Shown here one piece after another: positions 9,351 to 19,785 of a stretch of DNA of 32,000 bases (within the stretch, counting starts at the first letter, position 1; each line of letters opens with the position of its first letter). The DNA lies in the NCBI RefSeq assembly GCF_001457615.1, contig NZ_LN831024.1:4860001-4892000 (forward strand), given 5' to 3'. The translations under genes were made by a program, and so were the position numbers. This DNA is from Pseudomonas aeruginosa. Its GTDB lineage: Bacteria > Pseudomonadota > Gammaproteobacteria > Pseudomonadales > Pseudomonadaceae. The notes under the pieces are model-generated. The model was given only the letters and a program-made list of their open reading frames with translations. It was not told the DNA's origin and did not search any database.

Positions 9351-10841
9351 TCAGCGCCGCTTCTTCCCGCCCATCAACGAGCCGAGCAGGCCACGCACCA
9401 GCTCCCGGCTCAACTGGTTGGCCGCCTGGCGCATGGCGCTCTTCACCGTCGAATTGGACAGCAGGCTGCCGAGAATCTGCCCGGCCATGCCGCCGACGCC
9501 GGACGAGCTTTCCTGCTGAGCAGTCGCCTGGCCCTGGACCTCGGGCTTGGCGCCCGCCTTGTTCGCCAGCACCTCGTAGGCCGACTCGCGATCGATCGGC
9601 TGGTCGTAGCGACCCTTCAACGGCGACCGCTGGACCAGTTCAGCGCGCTCGCTGTCGCTCAGCGGGCCGATCCGCGAATAGGGCGGCGCCACCGCGACGC
9701 GCTGGACCATGGCCGGCGTGCCCTTTTCCTCCAGGGTGCCGACCAACGCCTCGCCGATACCCAGTTCGGTCAGCACCCCCAGGGTGTCGAACGCCGGGTT
9801 CGGGCGGAAACCGTCGGCCACCGCGCGCAGCGATTTCTGCTCCTTGGCGGTGAAGGCGCGCAGGCCATGCTGGATACGCAGGCCGAGCTGGGCCAGGACA
9901 TCGTCCGGCAGGTCGCCCGGCGACTGGGTGACGAAGTACACCCCGACGCCTTTCGAGCGGATCAGCCGGACCACCTGTTCCAGGCGGTCGCGCAAGGCTT
10001 TCGGCGTGCCGTTGAACAGCAGGTGGGCCTCGTCGAAGAACAGTGCCAGCACCGGCTTGTCGGCATCGCCGCGCTCCGGCAGTTGCTCGAACAGCTCGGC
10101 CAACAGCCAGAGCAGGAAAGTCGCGTAGACCTTCGGCGCCTCGTGCACCAGGCGGCTGGCGTCGAGCAGGTGGATGCGCCCGCGCCCGTCCGGCTCGGGG
10201 CGGAGGATGTCTTCCAGTTGCAGGGCAGGCTCGCCGAAGAAGGCCTCGGCACCCTGCTGCTCCAGGGTGGCCAGGCGGCGCAGCAGCGCCTGCCCGGAAG
10301 CGCCGGTGAACAGCGCCCGGTCCTCGCCGAGGATCTCCGGATTGTCCTTCAGGTGGTTGAGCAGCGCCTTCAGGTCCTTCAGGTCGAGTAGCAGCAGGCC
10401 TTCCCGGTCGGCCACCTGGAAGGCGGCGAACAGCGCGGCCTGCTGGCTATCGGTCAACTCCAGGAGGTTGGCCAGCAGCAGCGGGCCCATCTCGCTGATG
10501 GTGGTGCGCAACGGGTGGCCGGTCTTCCCGGCGATGTCCCAGAGCGTGGTCGGGTAGGCCTTCGGCTGGTAGTTCAGCCACGGCATGCTGGCGATGCGTT
10601 CGGCGACCTTGCCCTGCGGGTTGCCCGGCGCGGCGATGCCGCACAGGTCGCCCTTGATGTCGGCGGCGAATACCGCGACACCGGCATCGCTGAAGGATTC
10701 GGCGAGGTGCTGCAAGGTCACCGTCTTGCCGGTACCGGTGGCGCCGGCGATCAATCCATGACGGTTGGCCAGGCGCCAGGCCTGCCCTACCGGCTGGCCA
10801 TCGGGGCCAGCGCCGATCAACAACTCATTCGCTTGCGACAT
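9351..10841 (-). CDS. HerA-like / YjgR-family (DUF853) P-loop ATPase
   Basis: 496 aa. Walker A LIAGATGTGKTVTLQ, Walker B PVLALFFDEAHLLF, and YFVTQSPGDLPDDVLAQLGLRIQHGLRAFT typical of the family. Confidence 0.92.
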   Translation of the reverse strand: MSQANELLIGAGPDGQPVGQAWRLANRHGLIAGATGTGKTVTLQHLAESFSDAGVAVFAADIKGDLCGIAAPGNPQGKVAERIASMPWLNYQPKAYPTTLWDIAGKTGHPLRTTISEMGPLLLANLLELTDSQQAALFAAFQVADREGLLLLDLKDLKALLNHLKDNPEILGEDRALFTGASGQALLRRLATLEQQGAEAFFGEPALQLEDILRPEPDGRGRIHLLDASRLVHEAPKVYATFLLWLLAELFEQLPERGDADKPVLALFFDEAHLLFNGTPKALRDRLEQVVRLIRSKGVGVYFVTQSPGDLPDDVLAQLGLRIQHGLRAFTAKEQKSLRAVADGFRPNPAFDTLGVLTELGIGEALVGTLEEKGTPAMVQRVAVAPPYSRIGPLSDSERAELVQRSPLKGRYDQPIDRESAYEVLANKAGAKPEVQGQATAQQESSSGVGGMAGQILGSLLSNSTVKSAMRQAANQLSRELVRGLLGSLMGGKKRR

Positions 10842-11240
10842 CCATTCATCCTCGGGACTAAAGCTCCGGCACGCTGTGCCGACAGTAAGGGAAAGCCCTT
10901 GTACAACGGGGCTTCCAGCGGAACCCGCGTACCAATATGCGCGGGTTCCCGCGAAGGGCGTCGGGCCAGCGCATCGACCCGATCTGGCCGTCCAGCTTCA
11001 GCGAAGACCTTCGGGCCTTGCTGAGACAGGAAAAATCGCCATCGTATCCGTATCACGCATTCTTCGGAGCCACCCAGGGAACCGTGGCTTCGTGGCACAA
11101 GGCCGTGCCTGGGTCGACGGACTACCCACCCGCGCGACCCGCCCGACGCTGCAAGGCGTACGGAAAGCCCCTGCGCCCGCGGAACGGTCGCAGGGGTCTG
11201 GTCAAAGACTGGCGCTACATACTCCTGGACGCAATACAAC

Positions 11241-13130
11241 ATGATCAAAAGTCTGAAGTTCAGCCACAAGATCCTCCTCGCGGCCTCCCTCGTGGTGTTC
11301 GCCGCTTTCGCACTGTTCACCCTCTACAACGATTACCTGCAGCGCAACGCGATCCGCGAGGACCTCGAAAGCTACCTGCGGGAAATGGGTGACGTGACCT
11401 CCAGCAACATCCAGAACTGGCTCGGCGGCCGTCTGTTGCTGGTCGAGCAGACCGCCCAGACCCTGGCCCGCGACCACAGCCCGGAAGCCGTCAGCGCCCT
11501 GCTCGAACAGCCGGCCCTGACCTCGACCTTCAGCTTCACCTACCTCGGCCAGCAGGACGGCGTCTTCACCATGCGTCCGGACAGCCCGATGCCGGCCGGC
11601 TACGATCCGCGCAGCCGGCCCTGGTACAAGGACGCCGTGGCGGCCGGCGGCCTGACCCTGACCGAACCCTACGTCGACGCCGCCACCCAGGAATTGATCA
11701 TCACCGCGGCGACACCGGTGAAGGCCGCTGGCAACACCCTCGGCGTGGTAGGCGGCGACCTCAGCCTGAAGACCCTGGTGCAGATCATCAATTCGCTGGA
11801 CTTCAGCGGCATGGGCTACGCCTTCCTGGTCAGCGGCGACGGCAAGATCCTGGTGCACCCGGACAAAGAGCAGGTGATGAAGACCCTGAGCGAGGTCTAC
11901 CCGCAGAACACGCCGAAGATCGCCACCGGTTTCAGCGAGGCCGAATTGCACGGGCATACCCGCATCCTCGCCTTTACCCCTATCAAGGGCCTGCCTTCGG
12001 TGACCTGGTACCTGGCGCTGTCCATCGACAAGGACAAGGCCTACGCCATGCTCAGCAAGTTCCGCGTCTCGGCCATCGCCGCCGCGCTGATCTCCATCGT
12101 CGCCATCCTGGTCCTGCTCGGCCTGCTGATCCGCCTGCTGATGCAGCCGCTGCACCTGATGGGCCGTGCCATGCAGGACATCGCCCAGGGCGAGGGCGAC
12201 CTGACCAAGCGCCTCGCCGTGACCAGCCGCGATGAATTCGGAGTGCTCGGCGATGCCTTCAACCAGTTCGTCGAGCGTATCCATCGCTCGATCCGGGAAG
12301 TCGCCGGGACCGCGCACAAACTGCACGACGTCTCGCAACTGGTGGTGAACGCCTCGAACTCTTCGATGGCCAACTCCGACGAGCAGTCCAACCGCACCAA
12401 CAGCGTCGCCGCGGCGATCAACGAACTCGGCGCCGCCGCCCAGGAAATCGCCCGCAACGCCGCCGATGCCTCGCACCATGCGTCCGACGCCAACCACCAG
12501 GCCGAGGACGGCAAACAGGTGGTCGAGCAGACCATCCGCGCGATGAACGAGCTTTCCGAGAAGATCAGCGCCTCCTGCGCCAACATCGAGGCCCTCAACA
12601 GCCGTACGGTGAACATCGGCCAGATCCTCGAAGTAATCAAGGGCATCTCCGAGCAGACCAACCTGCTCGCCCTCAACGCCGCCATCGAAGCCGCGCGCGC
12701 CGGCGAAGCCGGACGCGGCTTCGCAGTGGTCGCCGACGAGGTGCGCAACCTGGCCCATCGCGCCCAGGAATCGGCGCTGCAGATCCAGAAGATGATCGAA
12801 GAGCTGCAAGTCGGCGCCCGCGAGGCGGTGGCCACCATGACCGAGAGCCAGCGCTACAGCCTGGAGAGCGTGGAGATCGCCAACCGTGCCGGCGAAAGCC
12901 TGGGCAGCGTGACCCGGCGGATCGGCGAGATCGACGGGATGAACCAGTCGGTGGCCACCGCCACCGAGGAACAGACCGCGGTGGTCGATTCGCTGAACAT
13001 GGACATCACCGAGATCAACACCCTCAACCAGGAAGGCGTGGAGAACCTCCAGGCCACCCTGCGCGCCTGCGGCGAGCTGGAAACCCAGGCCGGGCGCCTG
13101 CGCCAACTGGTGGACAGCTTCAAGATCTGA
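11241..13130 (+). CDS. pctA: Methyl-accepting chemotaxis protein PctA (broad L-amino-acid dCache receptor)
   Basis: 629 aa. The dCache amino-acid motif residues Y121, R126, W128, Y129, Y144, D146, D173 all fall at these positions when counted from the ATG. Confidence 0.95.
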   Translation: MIKSLKFSHKILLAASLVVFAAFALFTLYNDYLQRNAIREDLESYLREMGDVTSSNIQNWLGGRLLLVEQTAQTLARDHSPEAVSALLEQPALTSTFSFTYLGQQDGVFTMRPDSPMPAGYDPRSRPWYKDAVAAGGLTLTEPYVDAATQELIITAATPVKAAGNTLGVVGGDLSLKTLVQIINSLDFSGMGYAFLVSGDGKILVHPDKEQVMKTLSEVYPQNTPKIATGFSEAELHGHTRILAFTPIKGLPSVTWYLALSIDKDKAYAMLSKFRVSAIAAALISIVAILVLLGLLIRLLMQPLHLMGRAMQDIAQGEGDLTKRLAVTSRDEFGVLGDAFNQFVERIHRSIREVAGTAHKLHDVSQLVVNASNSSMANSDEQSNRTNSVAAAINELGAAAQEIARNAADASHHASDANHQAEDGKQVVEQTIRAMNELSEKISASCANIEALNSRTVNIGQILEVIKGISEQTNLLALNAAIEAARAGEAGRGFAVVADEVRNLAHRAQESALQIQKMIEELQVGAREAVATMTESQRYSLESVEIANRAGESLGSVTRRIGEIDGMNQSVATATEEQTAVVDSLNMDITEINTLNQEGVENLQATLRACGELETQAGRLRQLVDSFKI

Positions 13131-13153
13131 GCCCTGCCTGTCGTAGCCGAACC

Positions 13154-13184
13154 GGCCGGATAACCGCGAAGCGTTTATCCGGCC
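13154..13184. repeat. Palindromic element downstream of pctA
   Basis: GGCCGGATAACCGC-GAA-GCGTTTATCCGGCC, 14-bp stem with one mismatch. Confidence 0.85.
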
Positions 13185-13195
13185 TACCGATGAAG

Positions 13196-13216
13196 AGCGC
13201 CCGCGGGCGCTTTTTT
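13196..13216 (+). terminator. Rho-independent terminator of pctA
   Basis: AGCGCCCG/CGGGCGCT palindrome running into TTTTTT. It shares the core GCGCCCGCGGGCGC with the pctC terminator. Confidence 0.88.
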
Positions 13217-13364
13217 CGTTCTCCAGGTCGCATTCGGTGAAACCATTCATCCATTGCGCTAAAGCTTCCGGGCTTGCCGCCGACAGACACGGCAAGCCTT
13301 GCAGTTGCGATCCAACTGGGGCTGTTCACGACAGCGCGCCCGCGCCTCCCGGATGCAAGAAACC

Positions 13365-15254
<1,890 letters not shown>

Positions 15255-15279
15255 GCACTGCCCGAGCCGTAGCCGAACC

Positions 15280-15308
15280 GGCGGATAATCGCGCCGCGGC
15301 TATCCGCC
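15280..15308. repeat. Degenerate palindromic element downstream of pctB
   Basis: GGCGGATA-atcgcgccgcggc-TATCCGCC, preceded by CCGTAGCCGAACC. The pctA element is preceded by the closely similar TCGTAGCCGAACC. Confidence 0.7.
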
Positions 15309-15329
15309 CTACCCCCGGCCATTCGTAGA

Positions 15330-15356
15330 GTGAACAACGCCAACGGCGTTGTTCAC
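15330..15356. repeat. Perfect palindrome upstream of the glycosyltransferase gene
   Basis: GTGAACAACGCC-AAC-GGCGTTGTTCAC, 12-bp perfect stem with 3-nt loop, preceded by TTCGTAGA. Confidence 0.8.
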
Positions 15357-15571
15357 CCTTATCCTGCCAGGATGCCTCCCGAGGCATGCCTTCCTCTCCG
15401 CCCGCTCCCTCTGCGACCTATTCCCGCGCTGGCTGCCCCGAACGCGCCGGCTCGCGCTTTCTTTCCTAGACTTGAAGCTACCCATGGCTCCCGCACACCG
15501 TTCGAACGACTGCCGGCGCCGGTGGTCCACTGAGTGGCAGAAGGAACAAGCTCAACGGAGGAAGGCCCATC

Positions 15572-16687
15572 GTGCACATCGCCGATATGACCATGTTCTA
15601 CGCGCCTGCCAGCGGGGGGGTACGCACCTATCTCGAAGCCAAGCATCGCCATCTCTGGCACTATCCCGGCATTCGCCACAGCGTGCTGGTTCCCGGCGCC
15701 GGCTATCGCCAGGCGAACGGCATCCACGAGGTGCCGGCGCCGCCGCTGCCATTCGGCAATGGCTACCGCTTCCCTCTCCGTCGCGGCCCCTGGCGCAAGG
15801 TGCTGCGCAATCTGCAACCGGACCTGATCGAGGTCGGCGACCCGTACCTCACCGCCTGGGCGGCGCTCGACGCGCGACGTCGGCTGGACGTGCCGGTGAT
15901 CGGCTTCTACCACTCCGACCTGCCGCTGCTGGTGAGCAATCGCATGGGCGCCTGGCTCGGCACCAACGCGGACAACTACGTCAGCAAGCTGTACGGCCAC
16001 TTCGACCGGGTCCTGGCCCCCAGCCGGGTAATGGCGGAAAAGCTGATGCGCCTGGGCGTCGCCGACGTGCATGTACAACCGCTGGGCGTCGACCTGGTCA
16101 CCTTCCATCCGAGCAACCGCGATCCGGGGCTGCGCCAGGAACTCGGCCTGGACGAGGAAACCCGCCTGCTGGTGTTCGCAGGGCGCGGTTCGCGGGAAAA
16201 GAACCTGCCGGTACTGCTCGACGCCATCCAGCGCCTCGGCGACGGCTATCACCTGTTGCTGGTGGGTTCCAACATGCCGACCCGGGTTCCGCGCAACACC
16301 AGCGTGGTCGACCATTTCTGCGACAGCCGCGAAGTCGCCCGCCTGCTGGCGAGCAGCGACGCGCTGCTGCACGCCGGTGACCAGGAGACCTTCGGCCTGG
16401 TCGCACTCGAAGCGATGGCCAGCGGCATTCCGGTGGTGGCGGTGCGCGCCGGGGCACTGGCGGAAATAGTCCCGGAGCGTTGCGGCGTGCTCTGCGCACC
16501 GAACAACGGCGACGCCATGGCCTGCGCGGTGCGCGAACTGTTCAGCCACGACGTCGAGCTGCGCGGCCAGCGCGCCCGCCGTCACGTCGAGCGCCAGCAT
16601 GCCTGGGACGCGGTGGTCGCCGGTCTGCTCCTGCACTACCACGCGGTACTCGGCGACAGCGAGGCGAGGTTCCCGCGCTATGGCTGA
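15572..16687 (+). CDS. GT4-like family glycosyltransferase (group 1)
   Basis: 371 aa with GTG start and GGAGG-like SD. N-terminal ASGGVRTYLEAK, central VFAGRGSREKNLPVLLDAIQRLGDGYHLLLVG, C-terminal E-x7-E-like HAGDQETFGLVALEAMASGIPVVAV. Confidence 0.9.
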   Translation: MHIADMTMFYAPASGGVRTYLEAKHRHLWHYPGIRHSVLVPGAGYRQANGIHEVPAPPLPFGNGYRFPLRRGPWRKVLRNLQPDLIEVGDPYLTAWAALDARRRLDVPVIGFYHSDLPLLVSNRMGAWLGTNADNYVSKLYGHFDRVLAPSRVMAEKLMRLGVADVHVQPLGVDLVTFHPSNRDPGLRQELGLDEETRLLVFAGRGSREKNLPVLLDAIQRLGDGYHLLLVGSNMPTRVPRNTSVVDHFCDSREVARLLASSDALLHAGDQETFGLVALEAMASGIPVVAVRAGALAEIVPERCGVLCAPNNGDAMACAVRELFSHDVELRGQRARRHVERQHAWDAVVAGLLLHYHAVLGDSEARFPRYG

Positions 16688-17441
16688 ACGCAGCCTGCTG
16701 CTGGTGTTGCACGACGTGGCCCCGGAAACCTGGCCGGACTACCGGCCCTTCGTCGAGGCCGTGGACGCGCTCGGTGAGGTCCCCATGACCTGGCTGGTAG
16801 TGCCCGACTTCCACCATCGCAACCCGCTGGAAGCCGACGAAAAGTTCTGCAAACTGCTCTCGCGGCGGGTAACCCGGGGTGACGAACTGGCTCTCCACGG
16901 CTTCTATCACTACGATGACGCCCCACCACCGCGTACTCCAGGGCAATACTTCATGCGTCGCATCTACACCTGGGAGGGAGAGTTCTATGCCCTCGACCAC
17001 GCCGAGGCCAAGGCCCGCCTGGCCGCCGGCATCGAGCTGTTCCGCCGCCGCGGATGGCCGCTGCACGGTTTCGTCGCGCCGGCCTGGCTTATGAGCGCCG
17101 GCACCCGCCAGGCGCTCGGCGAGAGCGGGCTGCGCTACACCAGCGACCCGTCCAACCTGTATCTGCTTCCCCACCTGCAAACGATCGAGGCCCCCGGCCT
17201 GGTCTGGAGCGCGCGCAGTGCCTGGCGTCGCGGCCTCTCCTGGGCGCTCAGCGAGCAGCGCCGCCGGGCCTGGCGCGCAGCGCCGGTGATCCGTCTCGGA
17301 CTCCATCCGGTCGACATGCGCCATCGCTTTTCCCGCGAATACTGGCTGCGTACCCTGCGCACCCTGCTGTCCGAGGGGCGCCAGCCGTTGACCAAGATCG
17401 ACTGGCTGGAGCGCCACCTCGCCCTGGACCGCGCGGCATGA
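16680..17441 (+). CDS. NodB/DUF2334-like polysaccharide deacetylase-family protein
   Basis: 253 aa MAERSLLLVLHDVAPETW...RGDELALHGFYHYDD...HGFVAPAWLMSAGTRQAL.... Overlaps the end of the glycosyltransferase gene. Confidence 0.85.
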   Translation: MAERSLLLVLHDVAPETWPDYRPFVEAVDALGEVPMTWLVVPDFHHRNPLEADEKFCKLLSRRVTRGDELALHGFYHYDDAPPPRTPGQYFMRRIYTWEGEFYALDHAEAKARLAAGIELFRRRGWPLHGFVAPAWLMSAGTRQALGESGLRYTSDPSNLYLLPHLQTIEAPGLVWSARSAWRRGLSWALSEQRRRAWRAAPVIRLGLHPVDMRHRFSREYWLRTLRTLLSEGRQPLTKIDWLERHLALDRAA

Positions 17442-18289
17442 GTCGAGGCTGGTTACTGCTGTTCGGTTTGATCGGTGCCTCGCTGATTCCGCTGGTGCTC
17501 GGCGGCAGCGACATGTTCCCGCGCTTGCGCGCCTTCCCGCTGGACAGTCTGCTGCTGATGTTCGGCATGATCGTGGTCTGCTGGTTCATCAACGGCCTGC
17601 GCCTGCGCCTGCTGCTCGCCGGGCGCGCCGGCAAGCTCGGGCAATTGCAGAGCGTCGGCATCATCATGGCCAGCGAATTCGCTTTCTGCGCCACTCCGGG
17701 CGGCAGCGGCGGGCCGTTGACCCTGATGGCGCTGCTGGCCCGGCGCGGCCTGCGCCCGGCACAGACCAGCGCGGTGTTCGCGGTCGACCAGTTGGCCGAC
17801 CTGACGTTCTTCCTCTGCGCTCTCGGCGCGATCCTGATCTATGCCCTCAGCCATTCGCTGAGCCCGAACATGGAATCGAGCCTGATCTTCAGCGCGGTAT
17901 TCCTGGTCGGCCTGTTCGTCGGCGCGGTAATGCTGATCCGCTACCTGCACCAGGTGATCCGCTTCAACGGGCGGGTTCTGGCACGGCTCGGCGTGTCATC
18001 GCGCAAGCGCCTGCACTGGGGCCGCAAGATCCTGCATTTCCGCATTGCCCTGCACGACAGCCTGCGCCTGCCGAAACGACGCCTGCTGGCGGTCTTCCTT
18101 CTCAGCAGTACGCACTGGCTACTGCGCTTCAGCGTGCTCGATCTGACCCTGCGCGGCCTGGGAGTGGATATCCAGTGGGCCTGGACCTTCCTGATCCAGA
18201 TGGTCTCGCTCAGCGCCGGACAGCTATCGCTGATCCCCGGCGGCGCCGGCGGCACCGAGCTGACCTCGGCGGCCCTGCTGGCCCCATGA
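17438..18289 (+). CDS. UPF0104/lysylphosphatidylglycerol-synthase-TM-like (flippase-like) integral membrane protein, reading frame ends early at an apparent frameshift
   Basis: 283 aa multi-TM ORF, ATGA overlap with the upstream gene. Ends in the family motif SAGQLSLIPGGAGGTELTSAALLAP*, right where homologs continue into two more helices. Confidence 0.85.
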   Translation: MSRGWLLLFGLIGASLIPLVLGGSDMFPRLRAFPLDSLLLMFGMIVVCWFINGLRLRLLLAGRAGKLGQLQSVGIIMASEFAFCATPGGSGGPLTLMALLARRGLRPAQTSAVFAVDQLADLTFFLCALGAILIYALSHSLSPNMESSLIFSAVFLVGLFVGAVMLIRYLHQVIRFNGRVLARLGVSSRKRLHWGRKILHFRIALHDSLRLPKRRLLAVFLLSSTHWLLRFSVLDLTLRGLGVDIQWAWTFLIQMVSLSAGQLSLIPGGAGGTELTSAALLAP

Positions 18290-18438
18290 TCGGCAAGTCG
18301 ACGGCGGCGGCGGCCATCGTCATCTGGCGAGCGGTGACCTTCTATTTCTACCTCGTCGCCGGCGGCCCGGTGTTCGCCGTGCTCGCCGGACGTCCGCTGC
18401 TGAAGAAGCTGATCAGCAGTCGCGAGGCTTCTTCCTGA
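18286..18438 (+). pseudogene. Frame-displaced C-terminal part of the same membrane protein
   Basis: MIGKSTAAAAIVIWRAVTFYFYLVAGGPVFAVLAGRPLLKKLISSREASS* continues the UPF0104 pattern in the neighbouring frame with good GC3 codon usage. One added C in the CCCC at 18282-18285 fuses both parts into 333 aa. Confidence 0.65.
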
Positions 18439-18625
18439 GCGTATCCTCGGCGTCAGCCTCGCCCGTCTCGCTGGCGCTCTCCTGGATACGCCGCCAGAGT
18501 TCGGCCGCGCCGGGAAACTCGGTTCCGTCCTCGTCGCCGAGGGCGTCGATGTCGTAACGGCTTGTGCAACCCTCGCCGAGGGTCGGTGGCGGGCTGGCGG
18601 TGCCCGCCGACCTGGGATCGCTCAT
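18413..18625 (-). CDS. Hypothetical small acidic protein, 70 aa
   Basis: MSDPRSAGTASPPPTLGEGCTSRYDIDALGDEDGTEFPGAAELWRRIQESASETGEADAEDTLRKKPRDC*, preceded by a strong SD (GGAGGAACGAAC-ATG). The 3' end overlaps the upstream membrane gene's C-terminal fragment. Confidence 0.6.
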   Translation of the reverse strand: MSDPRSAGTASPPPTLGEGCTSRYDIDALGDEDGTEFPGAAELWRRIQESASETGEADAEDTLRKKPRDC

Positions 18626-18674
18626 GTTCGTTCCTCCGGGTGCCGGCCCTGGCCGGCATTCCAGGGAAGCCGAC

Positions 18675-19526
18675 TCAGTCGAACACCACCGTCTTGTTGC
18701 CGTGTACCAGTACGCGGTCTTCCAGGTGATAGCGCAGTCCGCGCGCGAGCACCAGTTTTTCCACATCCTTGCCCAGCCGCACCATGTCTTCGACGTTGTC
18801 GCGGTGAGTGACCCGCACCACGTCCTGCTCGATGATCGGACCGGCATCCAGTTCCTCGGTCACGTAATGGCTGGTCGCGCCGATCAGCTTGACCCCGCGC
18901 TTCGACGCCTGGTGATACGGCTTGGCGCCGATGAAGGACGGCAGGAAGCTGTGGTGGATGTTGATCACCTGGTGGGCGTACTTGCGGCACAGGTCCGGCG
19001 GCAGGATCTGCATGTAGCGAGCCAGGACGATGCAGTCGGCGCCATGTTCGTCGATCAGCCGGGAAACTTCATCGAAGGCCGGCTGCTTGTCCTGCGGATC
19101 GACGGGAACGTGGAAATACGGGATGCCGTGCCACTCGACCATGCTGCGCAGGTCGTCGTGGTTGGCGATCACGCAGGGAATCTCGCAGTCCAGTTCGCCG
19201 CTGTGCCAGCGGTGCAGCAGATCGGCCAGGCAATGGGACTCCTTGCTGGCCATCAGCACCACGCGCTTCTTCACCTCGGAATCGGTGATCCGCCATTCCA
19301 TGGAGAATTCGCGGGCGATCGGGGCGAAAGCCTGGCGGAAGCCATCCAGGTCGAACGGCAGAGAGTCGGCACGGATCTCGTGGCGCATGAAGAACCAGCC
19401 GTTATCGTTGTCGGAATGATGGCTGGCTTCGGTGATCCAGCCATTGTAGGTGGCCAGGAAGTTACTCACCTTGGCAACGATCCCGACCCCGTCGGGACAG
19501 GCGATCACCAGCCGAAAAGTGCGCAT
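18675..19526 (-). CDS. purU1: Formyltetrahydrofolate deformylase
   Basis: 283 aa. N-terminal ACT-like domain (CPDGVGIVAKVSNFL) and formyltransferase fold (VINIHHSFLPSFIGAKPYHQASKRGVKLIGATSHYVTEELDAGPIIEQDVVRVTHRD). Confidence 0.95.
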   Translation of the reverse strand: MRTFRLVIACPDGVGIVAKVSNFLATYNGWITEASHHSDNDNGWFFMRHEIRADSLPFDLDGFRQAFAPIAREFSMEWRITDSEVKKRVVLMASKESHCLADLLHRWHSGELDCEIPCVIANHDDLRSMVEWHGIPYFHVPVDPQDKQPAFDEVSRLIDEHGADCIVLARYMQILPPDLCRKYAHQVINIHHSFLPSFIGAKPYHQASKRGVKLIGATSHYVTEELDAGPIIEQDVVRVTHRDNVEDMVRLGKDVEKLVLARGLRYHLEDRVLVHGNKTVVFD

Positions 19527-19703
19527 GGGTATACTCCAGAAACATCGCGAAAGGCCGCCATTCTAGCGGCATGGCGGGAAAAGTTCAGCCTCGGCGAAGG
19601 TCTTTCGACAGGCTGTTGCGCGAGAGAATAAACCCGCACAACAGGGCAATCCCGATGCGGAATTAATTACTTTGAATTTCATCGAGAAAAGTTTTCATCG
19701 CGG

Positions 19704-19732
19704 TTTACTTACAGTTTCGCCCTGACTATTAT
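19704..19732 (+). promoter_or_regulatory. Putative sigma70 promoter of mvaT
   Basis: TTTACT (19704-19709), 17-nt spacer, TATTAT (19727-19732), in an AT-rich tract 54 nt upstream of the mvaT ATG. Confidence 0.5.
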
Positions 19733-19785
19733 TGAATCTACTTACATGCCCGCCACCGCCACTCAGCACAGACAAGGTACCTGAC

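Noticed and set aside
11202-13295. 697-aa minus-strand ORF opposite pctA (and 518 aa at 13326-14882 opposite pctB)
   Set aside because: Mirror ORFs caused by strong GC3 bias. The near-identical antisense sequence simply reflects the paralogous sense genes, and pctA/pctB have clear domains.
15330-15533. 67-aa ORF between pctB and the glycosyltransferase gene
   Set aside because: It starts inside a perfect palindrome, has no SD and no recognisable domain.
18278-18289. Programmed -1 ribosomal frameshift at the end of the flippase-like ORF
   Set aside because: CTG GCC CCA TGA has no canonical slippery heptamer and no obvious strong downstream stimulatory stem. A single-base indel or coupling is simpler, though not excluded.
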